From Phoronis australis (Eukaryota > Animalia > Phoronida): a DNA stretch of 64,000 nucleotides. Both the position numbers and the translations under genes were made by a program. Where the stretch lies: the NCBI GenBank assembly GCA_002633005.1, contig NMRA01000286.1, forward strand, positions 422,503 to 486,502, in the 5' to 3' direction. Shown here piece by piece: positions 12,301 through 24,300 of the stretch; the first letter of the stretch is position 1, and each line of letters begins with the position of its first letter. The notes beneath the pieces were generated by a model. That model was given only the letters and a program-made list of their open reading frames with translations, was not told the origin of the DNA and ran no database searches.

Positions 12301-15300
12301 AAAAGTAGAACAGAAAATGTCAAAAATAATTTGAAGAGAAGAATAGACCCCGGGTCCTATTTTTGAGACACAAACTAAAGATTCACATGAGCTTTTAACA
12401 CACTTTTCAACAAAAGCAACAAAAAACTTGCATATGAGACTCTTTCATTGACTATTCCTCTAGGTGGACTTTCATCAATGTCGGCAAGATAATCGTCGTG
12501 CGCGTACGATGACATAGCGTTCCGCTACGTTGCTTCGAAAGTGTTTTCCTACACAAAAAACAGTGTCACTCTTAACGATTTCACGTTTAATCCCAGCTGG
12601 TAATCACGAAAATGCCATTTATTCCTATAACGTAGCACCACCAAAAATCCTCGAGCTGAAGTGATCCACCTAGAACCAGGCCGCCAGGTGACAGGGACCA
12701 CACCAATCAATACGGAGTCAGCAACCACCACACACCACCCCTCTGAACATGGAAGTCACAGGAAAAGACGCTAAAGCTAAAGGTATTATGGGACATATTA
12801 ATGGTCAATCAATACAATGTATTGTACTGATAGCTTGCTGGCATTCAATATGCCCCATTCAATGGACAACTACTATTTGCACCACACTAGTACTAGAACA
12901 AACAAACTCCATTCACACAGTTGATGACCATTAAGGAGTGGATTAATACAAAATTATGAGCTGCTTCAATTCAAATCAGACCTTATTCAAAGAAGGACCC
13001 ACTGTTTAAAGGGAGGTTGGGGTACATTTGGACACTTTATATTTGCCATATGACGTGAGCTGTTTGTTTAGCAAGCATCGATTAACATTGGTCACAGAGT
13101 AAACGCTTTATGTCTATATCAATGCAAGACACATTTAGCACTCAAAACAAATAACGTGGATACAATTGCAAGAACAAGAGTCCATATTCTTAAATACCCT
13201 CTTACTATGATAACACTGGCCACTAATCATATACCATACTGTACATTCTATTTCTCAGCATGACCTGGGGAGACCAACATTCCCTGAAGAATTCTTATGA
13301 AATTCCTTTACAAAATCCTTACACCACAAAATTCCAATTGCTTAATGACACCTTTGCAAGACTTTGAAAGCTTACTTACTTACTTTTTAAATCCCATTAT
13401 TCATCATTTTGAACTTAATTCGGGGAAAAACACGTTGTAAACATAAACATAACTGTGAATGCTTAGGAGAGCAAAATCTGAAATGTGGGAATAACTTACC
13501 TCCCTTGTAATTATAGTATATAATCCAAGGCAACAAATCGCCTAAGGCAAGATGTTTTATGAATTGCAGTTTTAATGCTCTGACAAGACTGCTACTGTGT
13601 TGGTTTACAGACAATGCTCCCAGACAGGGTACATGGTGTCAACATAATGGTTAGCAAGCCACGGTGCATTAGGCCCCATTGTTCATGATTCAAAAATCAC
13701 ACACCAACAACTGTATAGATAACAACCACTTCACTATAGACACCGATTGTGAGACTAAACCAAACGAAGACACAAGTTCCAGTATCACCATACCTTCACA
13801 CTACTGCATAAAATGGGGCCCATCGCACTCACCACTCAACAGCAGGTACTTCAAACTGGAGACACATGGTTGCACAGCTTGCACCAAGGAGGTGCACAGC
13901 AAGTAGAAGACACTGTTCACACAACATGAATTCCATTATTCCAGACTCAGTCAAATGGCACGCATTTGATTTAATCATAAATGGGTTACACCAACACCGA
14001 TGACATTTGAAGTCAGATCCAAATGCTAAAATATGACTGAATGATAAGAGCTGATAATGAGTAATTCAAACCTCCAAAACTAAAACGTAAAAGACTATTG
14101 AAGAAATTACAGGAAACTTGATTCATCCATCTTACAAGTCCCGAAAATTTGAAATTTCGACAGACTATTCTTCACCGATTTATCAAACAATATGGCAGAC
14201 AAGAGAAATTTTGTTAGTCTTTTATTAATTTGCTTTGTATTGTGAGGATATTAATAAACAACACTTGGTTAAGTTTTCAAAGTTTGCAGCAAGGCAACGC
14301 GCCTTTGAAAAATAGAATTGACACTAGTCAGTAATTTTGTGCGAAATTCCAAACTCTCCCAGGTTAATATTAATGTTCGACTTAACGTCTTCTTCTCAAA
14401 TTTCCAAATTTTCACCTTTAGATGCCCATACTCAGCTTACTGACCATCCATAGTTTACACCCCAACACTTCCTTGAAAGCACATGTGCCTTTGCGAAACC
14501 CTGTCACACAAACATAACCTCCCAACAAAACTTACTTATGAATGACTAAAGTTAGTATCAGCAACACCTTGCCTAATTTGGGCTGGAAAATGTTCCATCT
14601 AACTGATGTGTTTTATTTGACTCTTGTATGGGAGACTGATGTGAATATAGCACCTGACACCAGCTTTTCAAATATGTTGTTTTTAAAACCCCACACTCAG
14701 CTCAACACCTTCTCCCCTGAAATTACCCAATTTAAATGTCCTGGGCATTAACCCGGACAAATACAGTAGGTGAAGAAGTACTATAATCTGCCACTAATCT
14801 AGATCTTGGGGATGCTTGGAGACACACACCCCTCAGTCAAGAGATGTCCTTGTGTAATAAAGTCAATTTCTCTATCAACTCTGGAGTGTCCTTGGGCTAT
14901 CCTTGTTTGCTCGAATGGAGTACCTTTATTAGAGGTCAAACCAACATGTCAACAGCTTACACACAGTGTTCTCCAAAGCCTTGTTCGACTCGTCACGGCG
15001 TTGAGTTTGAATTTTGTCATGAGTTTGGCTTACTTGCATCGAATTTAAAAACCTCTGCAATGAGTTTCAACTTTTGAAAGATTAGTCACCTTTAGTAAAT
15101 TATGACATTTTGGATTTTTGGTACCAATTCCATGCATTTATTCCAAGTCCCAATTTCTTTTCACATCATAATTTGCTCGAGAGCAACATCTTACCATTTG
15201 CCCCAAACCTCTGCTGGGATTTTGCAAAAGGTATGCTATTTCTTAGGACATAATTTTCTTAACCTTTCCCAATAAAGCATTTGGTCAGAAAGAGCACAGA

Positions 15301-18300
15301 CCACACAGAGCCAGGTAATTCACTCTTCAACCTACCTTTTCCTGTAGATCATCAGCTGCTCTGTAAAGAGAGCCTTTGCCATAACGTGACATTTCACCCA
15401 ACTGAATTTGAATTTAAATAGGCCTGTGTTAAGGCACCCGACGCTCAGGACAGCCTACAGTCACTTCATTAGAGAATGCACTGGTCTAATCCGTTGTTCA
15501 AACCTGCCGTAAGGTTACTGATTGGGCAACGGTGTCTACGCTATCAGAATACTGACCCTGGCTAACTCAGTCGTTATTGCCTTGATTACACAGTGCCAGC
15601 GCACAGGTTTAAATAGGAGAAAACCTTGGATTACCTAACACTTTATTCAAACAGTGTCACCTAAGGGGTTAGCAATAGCAAACATGGCACTTAAAATGAA
15701 ATGAGAAAAATTCAAACCAAGTGCTTAATAGACAAGTTTACTAGAATAAGTAGTTCCCTAAGGAGTGGCTATTAAACATTTGACTAGAAATATTCTGGAA
15801 ATTGCAATTATCACTGCCAGTGACTAAACTAAAATAAATTTCATTGTGTAAGGAACAAGCTAAAAAATAATACCGATTCAGATTTTTACTTGTATGCGAA
15901 TAATGACAGCAAAACATAAGTTTCAGTACAACGAGACCATTTCGAAACTAGACTTGGCCAATCCCTATACCTGTTGCTTCGTAAAAATGAAAAATAATTT
16001 ACAATGTTTTACAAAGGAAAGTGTTACTAATGCAGGCAAAGTACAGCATGATTAATAGCGTCTCAACGGAAAAATATATTTGAATTTTAACCGCATATCA
16101 AACAATATCACGAAATCAAACAGAGTAAAGATTTTCTATCAATGGTCACGATAAGATAGAGTAAGTAAACGTAACTGGATGGGGATGTAATGGTAAATCT
16201 ACAGGGAATCAATAGGTACTCTGAGGCTCGTTGTGACGCAGAGTTCATTCTGGGCATTGATAACAACACGAGATACACGACAATGTACAACGCTACTCAA
16301 AGAGTGCAAACGCAAAGCCGAGCAATCCAGGAATGTTATGATCACGTGATCTAAACTAGGTTGGTTATCCGCCACTTGTTAGAGCAAATCAACTGGTGTT
16401 TGAATATAGGCATATGGAATATATATATATACTCATACTACGCTTCAAACACAGATAGAAAGTCACCAAACTATAATACTGGTTGACCTATGAAAATTGT
16501 GCTGTATGTTTTATGTAACTATGAAAAATGTGCTGCATGTTTTACATAAATACTTGAAAACTTAAACCTCCACCACTCCTTAACAAGTTAAAGCGTGCAT
16601 CATAAAAATGTCTTATTTAGGCCACTTGCTCTTATGAAAATGGTTTCAATTTGTTCCTTTGTCAATTTGAAGGTGATTTCGGGACTTCGGAAGCACTGTA
16701 AACAGGCAGTTCATTACTGCTTGCTTCAGAGCAGGCTCTACAAGTTGGGTAATTGTCACTGCATGTCATTACATGACCTGAGTATGCTCTCAACAAATAA
16801 CAGTCAATTCTTTGTAAACTACAAAATCACTTCACATCTGAGTAAGGAACAACTGAGACCAATTTTATACTGGTAAGTGGTCTAAATCAAAAGTTAGCTT
16901 CTTGGACAGAACACTAGGGTAAGTGTTTATATGGTTGCTTTAGTCCTTCCATGCATCTAAATAAGTGTCCACTTGGCTTACTAACCAGGCATTCATTTTT
17001 ACCTCCACACATATAACCAACACTTGCAGGGTAATAAACATGTACCTATACATATATACTACCCTATAGCACTTGAGGACAAACTTGGACAGGTGGCTGC
17101 ACATTAATGCAGTATGCTTACTGATGCAAAATTGATAAAGACAATCATGAGGACAAAACAAAACAAAAACCTACGTATCTACATGGTAGTCTTGACAACA
17201 AAATGTGTTTACCAACGATGGCATATCCGGTTCGAGGAAATGGTTATTAACGCAAACTAAACCAAGGCAATCTTGCTTTGCATGATTGACAATTTGGATC
17301 AGCCTCAATTATTTTTCATAACTTGCATTACCTCCATGACAATCTCTCTTCAGGCCGCAACTTGACAAACCAAACGAAGGTGGACAACTACTGGTAGCAC
17401 AGGTAAAATCAATTAAGACGCTAAATGCAGCACGCAGTAAAACCGATTGTGTCGCGTTAATCCGGAGCAATAGACAACGGATCAATGCTATTGGTGAACC
17501 AACAGGAATATAGCAGCTGAATGCCGAAATGATCAATCTCTCGTCAATTTCAAACAGTCTCCACGAACAGGTTCAATAAAAGCGTGTTTTCATAAAACAT
17601 GTTGTGGGCTATATCTCAATAATTCAGTGAAGACAAACATCAGCGACCATTAAACTTGCCATGCTATGTTTCCAATGGCAAGAACCAAAATCAACATGAA
17701 ACTAGATTGAATTTGCACAATTGAAAAAAAAATTGACATCAGAAAATTGGTCATAAGTAACTTGAATTCTGCCAAAAGGTTATTTCATACTAACGTCGAC
17801 ACGTCGATGTTTCGGGGAATTGCATTTAATATGAATGGTTAACATCGGTCTTAACCTTCACTGCATGAAAAAACATGCCATTTCTCAGTCTACTTCTCAC
17901 GTTACCTTGTACATCAGCTACCTTGCGATTACATAGATGACCATCACAACAGCGTCACCTACAGTTTACTTTACCAAAGCAGGTATGAAAGGTTCAACTA
18001 AATTCGCAGTTTACATGGAACAAGGTACCTCAACTACGCGGTTAACGGACTCATAAACACGGTCACGGACGCATGAACACGACTCACGGGCCTGCAAACA
18101 CCGTCCACTGACTCACAAACACCGGAATGGACTCACAAAACACGATCCATTCACTCAAATACACGGGACACGGACTCACATTCACGAAGAAACACGGTTA
18201 ACGGACCGCCAAACACGGTTTACAGACAAAATGTAGATGTCAGCTGACCCTGGAAGCCGACGAGTCCGTGACCCGTGTTTGGCAGTCCGTTAACCGTGTT

Positions 18301-21300
18301 TCCTCGTGAACATGAGTCCGTGTCCCGTGTATTTGGGTGAATGGATCGTGTTTTGTGAGTCCGTTCCCATGTTTGTGAGTCAGTGAACAGTGTTTGCAGG
18401 TCCGTGAGTCGTGTTCATGCGTCCATGACCCGTGTTCATGAGTCGGTTTACCTGTAGTTTAGGTACCTTGTGGATGCTCCACTGATACCAGAGTTAAGTT
18501 AGTATGAAAGGGCACAATGAATTGATCAGGCTTAGAAACATGCCAGACCATTTTTAAATTAATTCATTGATCAATTCTATTGACTGGGGCAAGGAATTTG
18601 TGTTGCATAACAGTTTTACTAATTGACTTGAATGTATACTTATAAGGTTACATAGAAGGGTATTGACAAGTTGGTACATTTTGCAAATATCTATAAAACT
18701 ATACAATTGAACTGAAAGCAGAGATTCCCTAGAATTTGATTGTTTACTTTATACCAATCTACCAATATCGCAAACATTTTTGAGCAACAGGCTGGTGAGA
18801 CTGGTCTTCACCCCACCTGTTGGCCACATCACATGACCACACATACAACCTGCTACAATAAGCTCACGTGACCATGTTTTTTTTCAGAAAAGTTTCAGAA
18901 ACCAGAAAGGTACCTTCATAGTGAAACAACAGGATCAATTAAATGACCAAATTTTGTTTGATATAAATGTTCAAGGTAGGATCTCAAAAAAGTTGTAACA
19001 GTTTTCTAAATTGTTGTTTTGTTGACATTTTATGCAACATATTTTTTCACAAAAATCATTTGTAAGTCCTATTTTCTGACAGCCCCCTAACACTGTTTTG
19101 GAAAACAGTTCATAAACCATAGTAACTGAAAGTTAAAACACTTCTGAGATATGACATTCTGAAGTTGGCCAAAACTGAGTATTTTCCAAGGGTCCAAGAT
19201 AACCTTAATTGCATGGATAATTATGAAGTCAGGTAGTTGTTGCATCAAGTTAATCTCTGTATTATTACACTAACATGACCCTTTTGTAGTGTCTGAATTC
19301 AGACTGAAGCCAATGTTTTGACTTTGCAGGACTTGAAAGGTGAAGCCAGGGGCATTTTACCACATGTATTGTAAGGTATTAACAGCTACTGCAATGGAAT
19401 CAGTTGGAAAGGAGTGGAAATTAAGCTGTCAATACATGACCCACAGTGAGTATAATGACATAATGAGGGTAGATTGAAGTGATTGGAGATGTCATTATAA
19501 CTGTAACACTAATTTGTCTCAATAATCATTCAACCATTTCTAAAGAAAGACAACTGCAGTGTAGTTTTCTTGGGGACTTGGATGTTACCAAGATACAAAA
19601 TATAGGCAGAATGAGTGTTCTAGTTCACGGGTGAAAAACAACATGACCGCCGGTCCTCTAAATCTGACTGACTCACCCAAAACAGGACCTCCGGGGATCA
19701 AATGGGACCGCCGCACCAGAAAATGGGACTGACGCACCTAAAAACATGACCGCCCCACCAGAAAACAGGACCGCCGGGGACTGAACATGACCGCCGGACA
19801 ATATGCGGTTTCAATCCCCGGCGGTCATGTTCAGTCCCCGGCGGTCCTGTTTTCTGGTGGGGCGGTCATGTTTTTAGGTGCGTCAGTCCCATTTTCTGGT
19901 GCGACGGTCCCATTTGATCCCCGGAGGTCCTGTTTTGGGTGAGGCGGTCCGATTTAAGAGGACCGGCGGTCATGTTGTTTCTCACCCGTGTAGTTGGTGT
20001 TATGGTTGTATTAAGTTATGCAGGGTCAAGGGGTCAAGTACTGAGCCAGTGATGATTTTAGTCAATGATACTTCAAGACTTGCTCATGTTAGGGTGTGTA
20101 GAGTCTTATTGACATGTCTTTGTATTTAGCCATAAGTATTAACAAAACTTCAAATTTTAACACAGTAAAAGTATACATTTTCTGAAAGAACAAAGTCTGT
20201 AGAATTTGATTTTTGGCTTCATGTCAATTTGCCATAAATAAAGTGATGTGAAAATATCGCTTTAGTAAAATGTAGCAAAGAAGTAAAGTACAATTTCAGC
20301 AATTCGTTTTATGTAAATGCTCAAGTTGAAATCTCTAAATAAACTGTTAAGTTCTCCAAATTACAATTCAGTTTTTATTTGATGAAATCATAAAGTTCCA
20401 TTTTTAATAGCCCCACATTCAAAAGTGGATCTTTTCAACACATCATATCGAGCACAGTTTAATGTGAATTCTATCAGTCATTTTTGAGACAGAAATTTTG
20501 AAGTTAGCCAAATGTGGACATTTCTTTAGCCTCCTACATAACCTAACCCAGTTAAGACTATCATGCAGAAATGCTGCAGCGCCACACACAGAGACAAACA
20601 CCCTACACACTTGGTTTCCCTAAGTAAACTGCTGGTGACAAAAGCCAGGTAGACAAGCCAGGGGACTACACACAATCATTTCATCACCTTGTACAGGTAC
20701 ATTACCTGTACAATACCAACCATGGGCTTTAGGTCAATCTAATCAAAACATGAAAGACGATAGCTACCAACCGGCCATTAAAGGGTAACTTTTTCAAGAC
20801 CAGGTATGATAACATAGAAAATCAAATAGATTTAAGGTTATGTTCACTTACAACTGGCTGAGAGGTGGATTGAGCTTCTGCTTGAGACTTCCAATAATTC
20901 CTTCAGTGTGTTATGAGTTCACTTTTGAACTGACAAAATTTCACCATAACCAACCTGTTTAAAAACCACTAAACGGTAATACTGATTTTGATGCTGATAT
21001 GGGCACTGCACCCACCACTCAATCACTGAAAATGACTCACCTGTTGAAGGCAGTGTCCAGCAGGACTGCACACCAGGGTTTCCTCCAAGGTCAATGAACC
21101 ACCAGCATGCATACACACACACACATACACACACACAGACAACTTTTCCAGGCACACTCAAATACACTCTGACAGATGCACATGTTTTGAAGCAGACCAT
21201 GCGGACAGATGGCACAGCACAACTAACAGTTCAAAGCTACTTGCCAATGTATTCAAGTTCATGGACATCACTAAACAGTGCTTTTCACAGTAATTAAAAA

Positions 21301-24300
21301 GCCACACCAAATATCTTACTTTTGTTAACCGATAACTATTTCGTGTTACTGCTAAATTTTTCACCCAAAATTAAAATAGCATGTCTACATTTAGCAAAAT
21401 TAAAAGGTAAATAATTAAAAAAAAACAGAAACAAATAATTTTGTTCGGGTGCAAGAACGATGCAAACTCAATCAATCTACAGATAAAGGACTCTCCCCCT
21501 CCCCGACAATAATCTGCAACCAAGCTCATCAGTACTTCAGATGGCCTCATTTCTTGTAAACTCCTCAACATAAATGTAATCTTCCTGCCCTTCCACATTT
21601 ATCAATCACAAAACCCGCCCTGTTTTTTTACTTCAAATATATCTGGCACAGTGTTACCCCCAAGGGCAAAGTGTTTGATTAGACACACCAGTAACAGCCT
21701 AGGGCAGGTCATATTAAATGTCGCATTTGCATAAGTTCCAATCTATTATTAAGCATATCTCATCCAATAAAATGACAATGGATATTCCTAATGGCAAATA
21801 TTGAATTTTATAAAGAAGTTCAAATCTGGTGTCATCACCATTGCTTTCAGAACAGGCGTCAGTCCAAAATTTCAGGGCCATAGACTCCAGGTGGACATTC
21901 CCCAAGATTATTGATGAGTGACACCTTGTGTTCATTCCCACCATAAAAAGATATGCTCGATTCAACGAAAACGCATCAGAAGTGTGTTTACATTTTGGTT
22001 AAGCGTTCTTTTTGCAAATATTCAACCCATTATTCTCCAAAAGTAACTTGTTTTCGCTGTTTGCTGTTACGATGACGTCTGACATACCGTAATTCAAAGT
22101 CCGTAAGAAGTCTGCAACACAGACAGCCAGGGAATTTCCAACAAAAAGCAATTCATAACTTATCAGAATTTTTTGCTCTAGTCAAGATGGACAACTCTGC
22201 CAATGCAAACACACACACCAGAGAAACTGACTTCAGCAAACACAGGCATTCAACAACATGACATTTCTTGGAAAATTTTATCAAACATAGGTTGATGACA
22301 AAGGAGGGCTGTAATGCAAGACTGATGCCAGTTCCTAGACATGAAAGTTTTCTACCTAGTGACATAAATTGCAAACATCCTGGGTCTTGTTAGTAGAAAA
22401 CTGACTTAGCCAAGGCAAATCTTAAAATTCAGTCAATTTTAAGATCAAATTTAAATTTGTCTCAAGTCTGTTTCTAGAAAGAGAGAGTTTGGCTCAAGTT
22501 TTACACTTACGTTATATCTTAATTTTGACTAACTTACCGGATGTGAAGTTCAAAGTTTTGGAGTTGAGACAAATTTTAGACTTCAGTCAAAAATGAACTT
22601 CAGTCAGTTTCTTGGAATGCGCCCCCGGACTTAACGTATGAAAGACCCAGCTTCAGATCTGTTTTGAAAGATCGAGGCTTGGGGCCTATTTCTCGAGAAA
22701 AAACATTAAGCTGGTCTCCAACTCCGATAAGCAACTTTTCTTATTAAACTTTTATAATATTAAAATTTTATGTCTTACCTTTTCAAGTACAGAGAGTGAC
22801 TTTCAAAGGCTTTCAGTTTCCTGATTTCAAGCAGGCAAATAAGCTAGGCTGGCAGAGCCCTCCTAATTTTTCTAGAAACAAGACATCAACCTTCAACACA
22901 GATTGGAACACCAGAGTTGTACCTACCTTCTCACTAAGTGCGTTGTACTTGATGCCGATCTCATCTCGCTCAGCACGACTAGCAGCCAGCAGATCCTCCA
23001 CGCGGTTCAACTCCGCCTGCAACATGCGATTCTCCTCCTGGATCTGGAGAACGTTTGGTGTCGACATGGTGCCGGGTGCAGGCAACTGGGAATCGTCAGT
23101 TGACAGATTTTTGGTGATGATCTCTCGTATACGAGCGGGTACCTTAGTCGAAGGGCTTTGATCGTCTCCCTTATAAGAATACCGGTCTTCACCGCTCTTC
23201 AGAACAGTATCCTCGAGTTTCTATAAAAGAGTAACACTGTTACCCATTCAAATATCACATATTCCACTTTTAACTAAAATCCGAACTACACTTTGTAATT
23301 TTAAAGGTAAAAGCCAATGAAATCCACTGAATTTGTAAGAGCCCCAAAAAGGCAAGACAAAAACATCAAAACCATCAACTTACATTGGTGATCTTACTCA
23401 ACAGTACTATAACCCAAGTAGAGAAAACTACACTGGCTATCAGTCCACCAATACACAAATTTATAGATCACACAAATTTGCAGTTGGATTCCTCAATCTT
23501 ATGTTACCAAGTTCAGCCAGTGACAGACTATCAATATTTATGTGTAACACAGCTCCTTAATTGGAAATAATTAACAGAAACACATTACAACAATGTGATC
23601 TGGTAACATAGACAAACTTGTCAATATTGCAGTATACTTCCGTCCCCAGGGAACGATGTGTGCACTAAAGAATATATCTCAAGACATTATCTTTTCAATA
23701 AGTCCACATAACAGCATAAAACTGCATGTATAAATCACATCTGTCTACTCCATTTGCAATAAACTTCGAATAACCAATTTGACAAAAACAGTAATCACTC
23801 TCTCTGAAAAAAGTTAACAGGCAAAATTTGCTTCAAAGAACAAATGCAAAATTTGAATTTAATATTCAGGGATGCAAAAACTATGAACAAATTTGTTTGC
23901 ACAAGAACGCACATCAGCAATAGCTTATCTTATCAAAGGTGAGAGACTGCCTAAACATTGATTGATGAAAGGTGCACAAATTGAAATTATGCTAAGATAT
24001 TCGTAGTTACTTTCCAACAAGTGGAATTTTTTTAATGCCATGAAGTAACTGTCGCTGTAAAAAAAGATTTTTCCCTTGTAAGCAGGATGACGGATCCATC
24101 AATGCAAAACCTTGCTTCACCAATGTACCTTCAGCATGAAGTACATAAACCTGTCATTACACACAAGTCTTATTTTGTTCTGGGTCATAGATGCAAACTT
24201 AAAATGATTTTATCTCCATAAAGGAGCCAAATTAAATGTTTTATGTCTTTCTTAACTGAATAAAGTTAATCAGCACCTAATGTTTTGAAGTTGACTAAAG

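Noticed and set aside
14806-14900. Possible solo-LTR fragment (AATAAA plus CT-rich tract)
   Set aside because: No TG..CA boundaries or TSD could be defined.
18021-19990. Regular ~20-bp repeats superficially like CRISPR arrays
   Set aside because: No unique spacers, mirrored as inverted arms, eukaryotic context and no cas genes.
19878-20129. 83-aa ORF
   Set aside because: Reads out of the foldback arm; no splice or homology support.
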